A stretch of DNA of 64,000 nt from Prochlorococcus sp. AG-355-B18 (lineage in GTDB: Bacteria > Cyanobacteriota > Cyanobacteriia > PCC-6307 > Cyanobiaceae): the NCBI GenBank assembly GCA_003280965.1, contig QCDI01000002.1, positions 42,581-106,580 of the forward strand, in the 5' to 3' direction. This document shows positions 44,371-54,072 of this stretch, in pieces. The notes under the pieces are model-generated. The model had not been told where the DNA came from. It was given only the letters and a program-made list of their open reading frames with translations, and did not search any database. Each line of letters opens with the position of its first letter. Positions within the stretch are counted from its first letter, which is position 1. A program made the position numbers and the translations under genes.

Positions 44371-44739
44371 ATGAAAGAGAATCACAAAAACCAAGAAAAA
44401 ATTTATGATGCTGAAGTTTTAGAAAGTTCAACATTTGATGAGAATATCATCATCAAAATCCTTATTAAAGCTGGAAGAACAATTGCTAAACCTGCCTTAG
44501 AAGTTTTAGAGATGGCTTTAGATCCTTACACTCCTGCGCAAGTAAGAGTTTCCTTAATGGCTGCATTAGCCTATTTGATTATGCCCTTTGATCTTTTCCC
44601 TGACTTTATGCCTGTAGTTGGTTTCAGTGATGATTTTGTAGCCCTTACTGCAGTACTTAGCATATGGAGTAAATATATGTCTCCTTCAATAAGAGCGAGA
44701 GCAGAAAAAAAACTTAATAAATTATTCCCTTTCTATTGA
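44371..44739 (+). CDS. YkvA/DUF1232 family membrane protein
   Basis: ALAYLIMPFDLFPDFMPVVGFSDD signature. Confidence 0.88.
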   Translation: MKENHKNQEKIYDAEVLESSTFDENIIIKILIKAGRTIAKPALEVLEMALDPYTPAQVRVSLMAALAYLIMPFDLFPDFMPVVGFSDDFVALTAVLSIWSKYMSPSIRARAEKKLNKLFPFY

Positions 44740-45060
44740 ATGAGTAAACTATCTCAAAAGGAAGAAAAAGAATTAGTCTCCTTCATAAAGGATTGGTTAA
44801 AATCACATGGATATAATCAAAAAGATTTGGCATATGAATTAAATATTAAATCGAGCAGAACATCGGAGATTATTCTAAAAATAAACGAATTACATAAAAA
44901 AGGAGGTATGTTCAACATCGCAAAAAATCTTATAAAAATTGAGCAAAAATGGCTAAACGATATCAAAAATGATTTCCCAGAGAATAACCAAACACCACCA
45001 TATAATCAATTAGATATCGACTCTTTAGTAAAACAAATGAATCAAGACACTAGTGAATAA
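44740..45060 (+). CDS. Hypothetical protein with Cro/C1 (XRE)-like helix-turn-helix
   Basis: GYNQKDLAYELNIKSSRTSEII fits the sQxeLAxxlgixxsxisxi pattern; ATG directly follows the upstream TGA. Confidence 0.6.
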   Translation: MSKLSQKEEKELVSFIKDWLKSHGYNQKDLAYELNIKSSRTSEIILKINELHKKGGMFNIAKNLIKIEQKWLNDIKNDFPENNQTPPYNQLDIDSLVKQMNQDTSE

Positions 45061-45283
45061 ATATATTTTTAGAATTTAGTATTTTAAATAGAAATTGTCT
45101 TCTCTTTTACAAAGAAATTAAAAATAAAATTTATTCCAATTAAAACCTATCTTTTGATATAGAAATATCATTTTACTTCTTAAATATAATCAATGAATAA
45201 ATTTTTAATGAAGAATATTTTTATAGAAAATCTATTAATTAATTTATTTAAATTTAAATTTAAAAAATATCAATAAACTTTAT

Positions 45284-45553
45284 TTAAAAAGCCTGAACCC
45301 ATGGATATATATCATAAGTAATCCATATACCTTTTTCCCAATATATATCTTTCTCAATTAAATCTCTTAATTGATATTCATCGCTAGCATTAAAAATTGC
45401 AAACAAATATTTAGTACATTTTGTAGGTCCTAAAGTAACTAAAATATTGCGATCTTTTAAATTTTTAAGCCTTTTAAGATGTTGTTCACGGAATGGTTCC
45501 CTCTTAATGATTGCGTCTTCACAATACTTCCCAAACACTACATACTTTTCCAT
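45284..45553 (-). CDS. YciI family protein
   Basis: REPFREQHLKRL, LGPT and DIYWEKGIW motifs; ATG at 45553 (TTG at 45559 alternative). Confidence 0.82.
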   Translation of the reverse strand: MEKYVVFGKYCEDAIIKREPFREQHLKRLKNLKDRNILVTLGPTKCTKYLFAIFNASDEYQLRDLIEKDIYWEKGIWITYDIYPWVQAF

Positions 45554-45592
45554 TTTCAAAGATAACTAATAGAACAAATATATAATTAATAA

Positions 45593-45622
45593 TTGCATAT
45601 ATTACACACAAATTGCTATCTT
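45593..45622 (+). promoter_or_regulatory. Putative sigma70-type promoter of cyAbrB
   Basis: TTGCAT (45593-45598), 18-nt spacer, extended -10 TGcTATCTT (45614-45622). Confidence 0.4.
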
Positions 45623-45651
45623 ATTTAGGAAGAACTTTCTTTTAATTAATT

Positions 45652-46002
45652 ATGCTCACTGGTAGTGATCTTCTGGCAAAAGTTAAAGTACTTGGAGATG
45701 TCAGCAAGTCCGAACTTGTTCGTGCTTGTGGGTATGTTTCAGCGAAAAAGAATGGGGGGGAGCGCTTAAATTTCACAGCATTTTATGAAGCACTTTTAGA
45801 AGCAAAAGGAGTGAATCTTGGTGATGCTGGAGTTGCTGGCATTGGAAAAGGAGGAAGAAAACTAAGTTATATAGCTACAGTACAAGGGAACGGAAATCTT
45901 TTGATTGGCAAAGCATATACTGCACTTCTAGATTTAAAAGCAGGCGATGAATTCGAAATTAAATTAGGTAGAAAACAAATAAGATTATTGCCAGCTGATT
46001 AA
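45652..46002 (+). CDS. Cyanobacterial AbrB-like transcriptional regulator (cyAbrB)
   Basis: LTG.DLL.KVK, CGY, FYEALLEAKG, GRKLSY...VQGNGNLLIGKAYT and IKLGRKQIRL motifs. Confidence 0.92.
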   Translation: MLTGSDLLAKVKVLGDVSKSELVRACGYVSAKKNGGERLNFTAFYEALLEAKGVNLGDAGVAGIGKGGRKLSYIATVQGNGNLLIGKAYTALLDLKAGDEFEIKLGRKQIRLLPAD

Positions 46003-46084
46003 ACTTAAAGGTAATAAAAAAATAATTTTATGTATGATTTAAAAGTTTTTAATTAGTTTTTTTTAATCTCTCAATTAATTAAGT

Positions 46085-46927
46085 TTATTTTTTTCGATCT
46101 GCAGCTAAACGCATATCATTACAAAATTTACCAACATTATTAACAACATCTTTTTCACTTGAACTAGAAATTCTTTTTATAAATGCACTTCCAATAATTA
46201 CTCCATCTGCCCCCCATTCACGAACTTTATTAACATGTTCAGGAGTGGATATTCCGAAACCAACAGCAATTGGATTATTATTTATTTCTTTTAATTTAGC
46301 AATAAGATTTTCTACTCTACTTTCCATTTTGTTTCTCTCCCCAGTGACACCAGTTACACTTACTAAATAAGTAAACCCTTTTGTATGATTGGATATTTTT
46401 TTCATCCTTTCGAAAGGAGTAGTTGGGGCAACCAATAAAACCAAGTCCATAGAATGATTACTAACTATTTTAGAAAATTTATAAGCTTCCTCTAAAGGAA
46501 GATCAGGAATTATAAGTCCAGAAACTCCAGCATTGGAAGCTAACTCGCAAAAGTGTTCAAATCCAAAGCATAATAAAGGATTTAAGTAAGTAAAAAGTAT
46601 TATGGGAACTTTTAATTCCCCTTTTAAAGACTCTAAAAGGTTAATTACTTTTTTTGGAGTAGTCCCTGACTTTAGTGCTCGAGAGGCAGATAGTTGAATA
46701 ATAGGCCCGTCTGCTAAAGGATCACTATATGGAATTCCTAACTCAATAAGGTCAGCACCATTTTCTTGTAACTTTAATAAGATCTCAGATGTTTTCTCAA
46801 TATTTGGGTCCCCAGCCATTATGAAAGGCATCAAAGCTATTTTTTTATTATTTTTTAACTCATAAAACTTCTCATCTACACTAGATAAAGCTTGATTTTT
46901 AGTCATTTGCATTTTGTTTTCTTTCAT
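46085..46927 (-). CDS. trpA: Tryptophan synthase alpha chain
   Basis: PFIMAGDP, ELGIPYSDPLADGP, VSVTGVTG, VGFGI and GVIIGSA motifs. Confidence 0.97.
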   Translation of the reverse strand: MKENKMQMTKNQALSSVDEKFYELKNNKKIALMPFIMAGDPNIEKTSEILLKLQENGADLIELGIPYSDPLADGPIIQLSASRALKSGTTPKKVINLLESLKGELKVPIILFTYLNPLLCFGFEHFCELASNAGVSGLIIPDLPLEEAYKFSKIVSNHSMDLVLLVAPTTPFERMKKISNHTKGFTYLVSVTGVTGERNKMESRVENLIAKLKEINNNPIAVGFGISTPEHVNKVREWGADGVIIGSAFIKRISSSSEKDVVNNVGKFCNDMRLAADRKK

Positions 46928-46954
46928 AAAATTTAGATTTTTTCCTGTTTAAAT

Positions 46955-47275
46955 TTATGAATTTTTTTCTAAATCTTCCATTAGTTTTTCCTGATCTTCC
47001 TTTGACAATGAATTGAACTTAGTTTCCAGTTTATCATTAACAACTTTTTCGTACTCTTTTCTATAACGCTTTCTTTGTTCCATAAAAGTCATTTTTCCAT
47101 TGACAACTCTATAAACATAAGATGATACCCAAGTAATTACAATAAGAATTAAAATACAACTTGAAATAGTACTAGCTGTAAAATTATCTATGCCAAATTG
47201 CGGTGACAAGTTGTAACTAATTAATCCTAAAATAGAAACTAATATCCCTATTTGTACAACTTTACCTTTAGTCAA
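46955..47275 (-). CDS. DUF3007-family membrane protein
   Basis: Two TM helices, WV.SY.YRV..GKMTFMEQR..Y and C-terminal LS.EDQEKL. Confidence 0.8.
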   Translation of the reverse strand: MTKGKVVQIGILVSILGLISYNLSPQFGIDNFTASTISSCILILIVITWVSSYVYRVVNGKMTFMEQRKRYRKEYEKVVNDKLETKFNSLSKEDQEKLMEDLEKNS

Positions 47276-47279
47276 CTAT

Positions 47280-47513
47280 TTACCCTTTACCGCTTCCCCT
47301 TAATCTGAGATTTAAAAATGGAGAAAATAAAATTAAACCTGGAAAAAAAAGAAATACTAGTCCATATATTCCTAATCTCTCAAATTTGCCCATAACATTC
47401 CATCTGTTATTCATCCAGTAGAATAGTAATAATGGAATAACTAATAAGTAGAAAGATATAACACCAACATAGGCAATTAATGTTGCGAATGAATTATTAA
47501 AAATATTCTCCAT
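47280..47513 (-). CDS. ndhL: NDH-1 subunit L
   Basis: 77 aa from ATG at 47513; [29 protein letters not shown] signature. The longer track ORF runs into the tRNA. Confidence 0.92.
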   Translation of the reverse strand: MENIFNNSFATLIAYVGVISFYLLVIPLLLFYWMNNRWNVMGKFERLGIYGLVFLFFPGLILFSPFLNLRLRGSGKG

Positions 47514-47588
47514 TTTGATTGATGGCTTCTTAGTTAAAACATAACAATTATTTAGAGTTCTCGTAAGAACTAAAAAATAATTAAAAAA

Positions 47589-47674
47589 TGGGAGTGGGGG
47601 GACTTGAACCCCCACGAGCTAAAGCGCTCGACGGATTTTAAGTCCGGCGCGTCTACCAATTCCGCCACACTCCC
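47589..47674 (-). tRNA. tRNA-Leu(UAA), intronless, CCA not encoded
   Basis: GGGAGTGTGGCGGAATTGGTAGACGCGCCGGACTTAAAATCCGTCGAGCGCTTTAGCTCGTGGGGGTTCAAGTCCCCCCACTCCCA: paired acceptor stem, anticodon TAA (47638-47640), long variable arm, GTTCAA T-loop. Confidence 0.97.
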
Positions 47675-47695
47675 AAAAGTAATTTGCGCTTTTTT

Positions 47696-47701
47696 ATCGT
47701 A
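47696..47701 (-). promoter_or_regulatory. Putative -10 element of tRNA-Leu
   Basis: TACGAT on the minus strand 21 nt upstream of the mature 5' end. Confidence 0.3.
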
Positions 47702-47778
47702 ACCGAAAGTATCCCATTTAACCAAGAAAAATTGGAATATTTAAACTTTTGTTGAATGGTAAAATTAATACAAATTTT

Positions 47779-48828
47779 TTAATTTACTATCCCATCTACT
47801 TGCCATTTTAAAGTTTCACCAGCGTGTAATGGTTTTATTTGACCAACAATATTTTCCTCTTCAAAAACATCAATAAAATCTACGATTTTATTTGGTTTAG
47901 ACACTAATTTTATTCTTTCTTTATTTGGGGGCACATTGTAAAATTTAGGACCATTCAAACTTGAAAACTTCTCAAAATTATCTAAAGCATTTTCCTCTTC
48001 AAATACTGTTAAATAGCTTTCTAATGCTACTGGGGAATTAAAAATACCAGCACAACCACAAAAGGCTTTCCACTTTCTAAGATGTGGAGCCGAGTCAGTC
48101 CCTAAGAAAAAACATTCTTTCCCACTTGTTGCAGCTTTCCTTAAAGCTAATCTATGTTTTTCCCTCTTTGCTACTGGTAAGCAATAAAAATCGCTATTTA
48201 AGCCTCCAAAAAACATTGCATTTCTATTTATATGCAAATGATGTGGAGTAATAGTAGCTCCAATATTATTTTCTTGAACAAAATCCACTGCATAAGAGGT
48301 GGTAATATGTTCCAAAACAATTTTTAATTTTGGAAATCTTTTAGCTATTGGTGTAAGTTCCCTATCTATAAATACTTCCTCTCGATCAAATACATCTACT
48401 TCAGAATCAGTCACCTCTCCGTGTATTAAGAGAGGTATTCCAGAATCTTGCATTAATTCAAAAATCTCATACAAATTTTCTATTTTTTTAACTCCATAAC
48501 TTGAATTTGTCGTAGCATTAGCAGGATATAATTTTGCGGCAAAAAAGACATTATTTTTGAACCCACTTATTAGTTCCCTTTTATCCGTCTCATCAGTGAG
48601 ATAAATAGTCATTAATGGTTCAAACTTAGAAGTTCCTGGCAACGCTTCAACAATAGATTTCTTATATGAAATTGCACTATCAATAGATGTAATTGGATTT
48701 TTAGTATTTGGCATGACGATAGCTCTTCCGAAATATTCGGATGTAAAATGAATAATATTTTTTAATACAGGGCCTTCTCTTAGATGTAAATGCCAATCAT
48801 CAGGTTTTAATATGGTTAATGTCTTCAA
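47779..48828 (-). CDS. pyrC: Dihydroorotase (homodimeric type)
   Basis: PDDWHLHLR, VMPN, KLYPA.ATTNS, LEHITT and LGTDSAPH motifs. Confidence 0.96.
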   Translation of the reverse strand: MKTLTILKPDDWHLHLREGPVLKNIIHFTSEYFGRAIVMPNTKNPITSIDSAISYKKSIVEALPGTSKFEPLMTIYLTDETDKRELISGFKNNVFFAAKLYPANATTNSSYGVKKIENLYEIFELMQDSGIPLLIHGEVTDSEVDVFDREEVFIDRELTPIAKRFPKLKIVLEHITTSYAVDFVQENNIGATITPHHLHINRNAMFFGGLNSDFYCLPVAKREKHRLALRKAATSGKECFFLGTDSAPHLRKWKAFCGCAGIFNSPVALESYLTVFEEENALDNFEKFSSLNGPKFYNVPPNKERIKLVSKPNKIVDFIDVFEEENIVGQIKPLHAGETLKWQVDGIVN

Positions 48829-48949
48829 AATTTTTACTATTTAATCAATTTTAACAACAAATTAAATTTGACAATAAATTATAGATATTCGAGGATAGTT
48901 ATTAATCAATTTTTTTTAAAGATTTAAATATCTAAGCTAGATCTTAAAT

Positions 48950-50029
48950 ATGAGTGATTTTTTATTTCCAACAATAGAAATAATATTAGGAGTAATTTTA
49001 CTTTTTGCAGGAGGAGAGTTCTTTATAAGAGGAGCCATAAATTTATCTTTAATTTTAGGTATACCTCAAATAGTAATTGGATTAACAGTTGTTTCTCTGG
49101 GTACGAGCTCTCCTGAGTTATTGGTGAGTCTAAGTTCAATTTTAAAAGGCAGTGATTCCCTTGCAGCTAGCAATGTAATAGGGAGCAATATTTTTAATGT
49201 TCTTGTAGTTTTAGGTATTAGCTCATTGATAACACCACTTAATGTAAAAAGCAGAATAGTCAGAAGGGATGTTCCTCTTTTAATGGCTATTTCAGTTGCA
49301 GTTTGGGCAATGTCATCAACAGGCCTATTAACATTTCAAGCAGGAATCTTTCTAATATTTTGTTTAGTGTTAAATACAATATGGGAAATCAATACCATCA
49401 ATGAGAAAGGAGATGATACAAAAGATGCTGAACCAGAGATAGAAGAGTTGAATGAAAATTATAAAGGGAAGCTAAATATCGTACTAAAGTTGATATTGGG
49501 AATATTTCTTTTAAGCTTTGGTTCAAACATCTTAGTAAATGGTTCTCAAACTCTTGCCACTATTTTGGGTGTAAATGAAATTATCATTGGATTAACTATT
49601 GTTGCCACCGGAACATCTTTGCCCGAATTAGTAACTTCAATAATTGCTGCATTTAAAGGTAAAACAGATCTTGCGATTGGGAATGTAATAGGAAGCAATT
49701 TGCTTAATCAACTTCTAATCCTTGGAAGTTGTAGTATTTTTTCAGGATTTAAAGGATTAGTTATTGAACAAAACCTTATAAAAGTTGATCTACCATTTAT
49801 GGTTTTAACAACATTTGCATGCTTGCCAATTTTCTGGAGCAAAGGAAAAATTTCTAGAATAGAAGGATTTATTTTGCTTAATCTTTATATTTTCTACATT
49901 CTAGATAAAATTCTTTACTTGAATAGATTTAATTATCTTTCTGAATTAAGGATAGGTTTGTTTATTTACTTTTCATTACTAACAATTTTTCTCTTTGCTC
50001 AAGAAAAATTAAAATTTTCTAAATCATAA
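48950..50029 (+). CDS. Calcium/sodium antiporter (CaCA, YrbG-like)
   Basis: Two alpha repeats: GTSSPEL..GSNIFN and GTSLPEL..GSNLLN. Confidence 0.92.
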   Translation: MSDFLFPTIEIILGVILLFAGGEFFIRGAINLSLILGIPQIVIGLTVVSLGTSSPELLVSLSSILKGSDSLAASNVIGSNIFNVLVVLGISSLITPLNVKSRIVRRDVPLLMAISVAVWAMSSTGLLTFQAGIFLIFCLVLNTIWEINTINEKGDDTKDAEPEIEELNENYKGKLNIVLKLILGIFLLSFGSNILVNGSQTLATILGVNEIIIGLTIVATGTSLPELVTSIIAAFKGKTDLAIGNVIGSNLLNQLLILGSCSIFSGFKGLVIEQNLIKVDLPFMVLTTFACLPIFWSKGKISRIEGFILLNLYIFYILDKILYLNRFNYLSELRIGLFIYFSLLTIFLFAQEKLKFSKS

Positions 50030-50031
50030 TT

Positions 50032-51411
50032 TTAGCCATACATAGTCACAAATTCTTCTGAGATAGTTGGATGCAAAGCCATAGTAATATCAAAGTCTTT
50101 TTTGGTTATACCTGCATTTAATGAAATTGATACCATTTGAATAATTTCAGATGATGTTTCTCCAAACATATGACATCCCAGTACTTTGTCAGTTAATTTA
50201 TTAACAACTATCTTCAACATGCATTTTGATTTATCCTCTTTAAAAGTATTTGACATAGGCGTAAATTTACATTTGAAAATTTTTATATTTTCCTCAGAGT
50301 AAATCTCTTTTGCTCTTTTCTCACTTAAGCCAACTGTTGAAATTTCAGGAATAGTGAAAACTGCCTTGGGAATATATTCATAATTAACTTTTCTTTTTTG
50401 ACAATTAAAAAAATTATCCGAAAAAACTCTGCCTTGTTCTATTGCAACTGGAGTTAAGTTTGGTTTGTTTATGATATCTCCTACTGCAAAAATATTAGCG
50501 TTGCTTGTTTGATTAAGTTCGTTAACTTCTAAAAATGAGCCATCCATCTTGAGATTTAAAAAATTCAAATTCAAAGGCAAAAGATTTGGTTCTCTACCTG
50601 TAGCAATAAGGATATTATTAGTTAGGATTTTATCTCCAGAGCCTAAGGTAGATTCCAAATTCCCATCAACTCTTTTTACAGACTTTAATTGATTTCTGGA
50701 AATTATTTTTATTCCATTTAAAGAAGTTGATTCTTCTAAGCATGAAGATAGATCATCATCAAAACCATTAAGTAAACGTTGGCCCCTAATTAATTGAGTT
50801 ACTTCAGTTCCCAAATTACTGAAAATAGAGGCAAATTCACAGGCAATATACCCTCCTCCAACAATTAATATTGAGTCAGGAAACCTATCTAATTTAAAAA
50901 TATCATCACTACTCCATGCCAATTCTTCCCCAGGTATATTCATTTTCTTTGGTTTACCTCCAACTGATATGAGAATTTTTTTTGAACTTATATTATTTAT
51001 AGTTTTCTGTGTTTTTGGACAAATTATCTCTAATTCATTTTGAGTTTTAAATCTTCCTAATCCCTCAAAAATAGTTACATTCAATTTCTTTAAAGAATTT
51101 CTATGTAAATTACTTAATCTGAGAACCTCCTCTCTAACATTCTTCAATAAAATATTAGATTCAAAATTAATACCTTCTTTTTTTATTCCATATCCTTCAG
51201 AAGAATCTATATTTTTTTTACTTTTAGCTGCATAAACCATCAATTTTTTAGGAACACATCCCCTTATTACACAAGTGCCTCCTATTTCATTTACTTCTAT
51301 GATCGCAACTTTTGCTCCATAACTAGCGGCACGTTTAGCAGCTGCCAGTCCTCCAGATCCAGCACCAACAACAATTAAATCAAATTCAAATTCCAAGACT
51401 TTTTTAATCAA
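50032..51411 (-). CDS. gor: Glutathione-disulfide reductase
   Basis: GAGSGG, GGTCVIRGCVPKK redox disulfide, GGGYIACE, AVGD, LTPVAI and HPTISEE. Confidence 0.95.
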   Translation of the reverse strand: MIKKVLEFEFDLIVVGAGSGGLAAAKRAASYGAKVAIIEVNEIGGTCVIRGCVPKKLMVYAAKSKKNIDSSEGYGIKKEGINFESNILLKNVREEVLRLSNLHRNSLKKLNVTIFEGLGRFKTQNELEIICPKTQKTINNISSKKILISVGGKPKKMNIPGEELAWSSDDIFKLDRFPDSILIVGGGYIACEFASIFSNLGTEVTQLIRGQRLLNGFDDDLSSCLEESTSLNGIKIISRNQLKSVKRVDGNLESTLGSGDKILTNNILIATGREPNLLPLNLNFLNLKMDGSFLEVNELNQTSNANIFAVGDIINKPNLTPVAIEQGRVFSDNFFNCQKRKVNYEYIPKAVFTIPEISTVGLSEKRAKEIYSEENIKIFKCKFTPMSNTFKEDKSKCMLKIVVNKLTDKVLGCHMFGETSSEIIQMVSISLNAGITKKDFDITMALHPTISEEFVTMYG

Positions 51412-51447
51412 TTATTATAGCGTTAGATTCTAGCTTTAATTCAAATA

Positions 51448-52677
51448 ATGAATGAGATTTTGACATGGGATGATTTAAATAAGTTTGAAATTGATGATCT
51501 TGATAGAGTCAATGGTTTTAATAATTCCTACTCAAATTTAAGATTATTTGGGAATCCTGAAAATGATGTAATGGTTACCCTCTACAGGGATAGACATTCA
51601 TGGTGTCCTTATTGTCAGAAAATATGGTTATGGCTTGAATATAAGAGAATTCCCTACAGAGTAAAAAAAATAAATATGTTTTGCTACGGTCAAAAAGAAA
51701 CTTGGTTTCTTGATAAAGTTAGATCTGGCAAATTACCAGCTATTGAATTTAAAGGTCAAATTGTAACAGAAAGTGATGACATCGTAGCTTTTTTAGAAAA
51801 TGAATTTGGAGCGCTTGGGTCTTTTATAACATCAAGTCACTTAAAAAAAACTCGAGAATTGGAAAGAGAAATTTTTAGAGCTTGGTGTAATTGGCTTTGC
51901 CGAGAAAGCTTTAATTTCATAGACAACTCTTTTCGAAAAAAAAGATTTAAGGAATCTATTTCTAAATTTGATGAGATCTTGGGCGCATCAGAATCAGGGT
52001 TTATTGACCCAGCAGAATCTACTTCAAGTGAATTAGTGCCAGGCATTGGAGATATAATTTTTATTCCTTATATGGAAAGAATGAATGCTTCTTTAACCTA
52101 CTATAAAGGGTTTAATCTAAGATCTAATTATCGATATATAGATAAATGGCTTACACTTTTTGAAGGGACAAGTACTTATAGAGGAACTCAAGGAGATTTT
52201 CATACTCACTCTCACGATTTACCGCCACAGATGGGTGGATGTTATAAAGAAAGCAATGAAAAACAGATTGCTTTCTCTAAATCAATAGATACTGGAGAAG
52301 GCCTTGGTAATTTTGAATTTAATAAAAATTATGATTCAAAATATTACGCTAAATTTGCTCTTAAAAGAATAATAAAGCATAAAAATAATTTAATAAAAGT
52401 AAATCCACACGATAAAGAATACTTTGAAGAATCATTGAGATCAGCCTTAACTCATATGATCACAGGTGAAATAAGAACTCCTGAGAAAGTTTCAGGAAAA
52501 TCTCTGAGATATTTAAAAAATAGAATCTCAGTTCCAAGAGATATGCCAATTATTTCTGCAAGGTTATTAAGGCAATCATTAAATAAAATTGAATTACTAG
52601 ATCAAAATAATGAAGAAGAAAAGATACCTCTCAAACATAGATATGATCAAGATCCTAAGAATTTTATTTCTAATTAG
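51448..52677 (+). CDS. Glutathione S-transferase family protein with CPYC motif
   Basis: SWCPYCQK, SGKLPA, ESDDI, DIIFIPYMER, TQGDFHTHSHDLPPQMG and PRDM motifs. Confidence 0.85.
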   Translation: MNEILTWDDLNKFEIDDLDRVNGFNNSYSNLRLFGNPENDVMVTLYRDRHSWCPYCQKIWLWLEYKRIPYRVKKINMFCYGQKETWFLDKVRSGKLPAIEFKGQIVTESDDIVAFLENEFGALGSFITSSHLKKTRELEREIFRAWCNWLCRESFNFIDNSFRKKRFKESISKFDEILGASESGFIDPAESTSSELVPGIGDIIFIPYMERMNASLTYYKGFNLRSNYRYIDKWLTLFEGTSTYRGTQGDFHTHSHDLPPQMGGCYKESNEKQIAFSKSIDTGEGLGNFEFNKNYDSKYYAKFALKRIIKHKNNLIKVNPHDKEYFEESLRSALTHMITGEIRTPEKVSGKSLRYLKNRISVPRDMPIISARLLRQSLNKIELLDQNNEEEKIPLKHRYDQDPKNFISN

Positions 52678-54072
52678 CTATAAATTTTTTCTTGAATCTA
52701 TTTGAAGTAAATCTCTTATTTTTTGAACTTGACTTGCAATATTAGGATCGATAGATAATTTTTTTTCAACTTGTTCAATAGCATACATAACTGTTGTATG
52801 GTCTTTCCCACCAAATTCATCTCCAATTCTTGGCAGGCTTAAATCAGTTCCATGTCTCATAAGATACATGCCTATTTGTCTAGCTTGACTTACTGGTTTT
52901 CTTCTACTTGAACTGATCAATTCATCAGTAGAAACTTTAAAGAACTCGGATACTTTATCAATAACTTGTTTTGGAGTTACAACTACTCCAACACTATTAG
53001 GATCAAGCATTGGAGCAATTGATTGTACAGTCATTGGCAAGCCTGTTATTGAAGCAAAAGCAACGGCTCTAGTAAATGCCCCTTCCAATTCTCGAATATT
53101 CGAAGTAAATCTACCTGCTATAAATTGAATTAAATCTCTAGGGAGACTCATCCTCTCTTGTTCTGCCTTTTTCTGAAGAATCGCAGTCCTTGTCTCAAGA
53201 TCAGGGGGTTGAATATCTGCAGTCATACCCATAGAGAACCTAGAAATTAATCTCTCCTGAATTCCAGACAATTGATTTGGAGGCCTATCACTTGCAATAA
53301 CTATTTGACTACCTGATTCGTGAAGAGCGTTAAAAGTATGAAAAAATTCTTCTTGTGTATACTCTTTACCTTCTAAGAACTGTATATCGTCTATTAGTAT
53401 CAAATCTACATTTCTATATTTATCTCTGATAGCTGTCATTCCATCTCTTCTGATACCACTAATAACATCGTTAGTAAAGGTCTCTGTAGATACATATTTG
53501 ACTTTAGCTTCAGGATCTATTTCAACTCGATAATGACCTATTGCCTGCATTAAATGAGTTTTACCAAGACCTACTCCACCACAAATAAATAAAGGGTTGA
53601 ACTCTCTTCCAGGAGATTCGGCAACTGCTAAAGCAGCGGCATGAGCTAATCTACTATTGGGACCTACAACAAATCTTTTAAAGACATAACGTAAATTTAA
53701 GCCGTTAGGATTTTTGGATCGATTTTTTGAAGAAATTTCTTGACTACTTTTGGATAATGATTTGGTTTTATGATTCACTTTCTGTTCATCGCCATTATCT
53801 TTATTTGTGAAAGGGCTGCTGATATTTGTTTCAGATTTAAAAACAACTTTTACATCATGGCCGCAAATATCTTTTGCAGCTTTTTCGATTGTTCCACAAT
53901 AATTCTTTCTTAACCAATCACTGGAAAATGTATTTGGAGCAATTAAGGTCAATAAGCCATTCTCAAAACAATTAAATTTAGCAGGCCTAATCCATGTCTC
54001 AAATGAAGGCTTACTTAAAGTTTTTTGGAGTGATTGTTGAACTTCCGCCCAAATAGGATTAGTTGCTTGCAA
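52678..54072 (-). CDS. dnaA: Chromosomal replication initiator DnaA
   Basis: [34 protein letters not shown] and GGKDHTTVM; TTG start. Confidence 0.97.
   Translation of the reverse strand: MQATNPIWAEVQQSLQKTLSKPSFETWIRPAKFNCFENGLLTLIAPNTFSSDWLRKNYCGTIEKAAKDICGHDVKVVFKSETNISSPFTNKDNGDEQKVNHKTKSLSKSSQEISSKNRSKNPNGLNLRYVFKRFVVGPNSRLAHAAALAVAESPGREFNPLFICGGVGLGKTHLMQAIGHYRVEIDPEAKVKYVSTETFTNDVISGIRRDGMTAIRDKYRNVDLILIDDIQFLEGKEYTQEEFFHTFNALHESGSQIVIASDRPPNQLSGIQERLISRFSMGMTADIQPPDLETRTAILQKKAEQERMSLPRDLIQFIAGRFTSNIRELEGAFTRAVAFASITGLPMTVQSIAPMLDPNSVGVVVTPKQVIDKVSEFFKVSTDELISSSRRKPVSQARQIGMYLMRHGTDLSLPRIGDEFGGKDHTTVMYAIEQVEKKLSIDPNIASQVQKIRDLLQIDSRKNL

Noticed and set aside
45193-45276. 27-aa ORF MNKFLMKN...KKYQ in the long gap
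   Set aside because: Composed almost wholly of AT-rich codons, as expected by chance; no RBS or motif.
47514-47615. N-terminal extension of ndhL in the ORF track (111 aa)
   Set aside because: It overlaps the tRNA gene; the NdhL-like sequence starts at ATG 47513.
47589-47674. tRNA-Leu as a genomic-island integration site
   Set aside because: No integrase, no duplicated tRNA 3' end and no compositional shift; the flanks are core genes (ndhL, pyrC).
48841-48913. TTAATCAATTTT direct repeat and a TTGACA in the pyrC-antiporter gap
   Set aside because: All-AT-rich 12-mers recur by chance here, and the TTGACA has no -10 at the right spacing.
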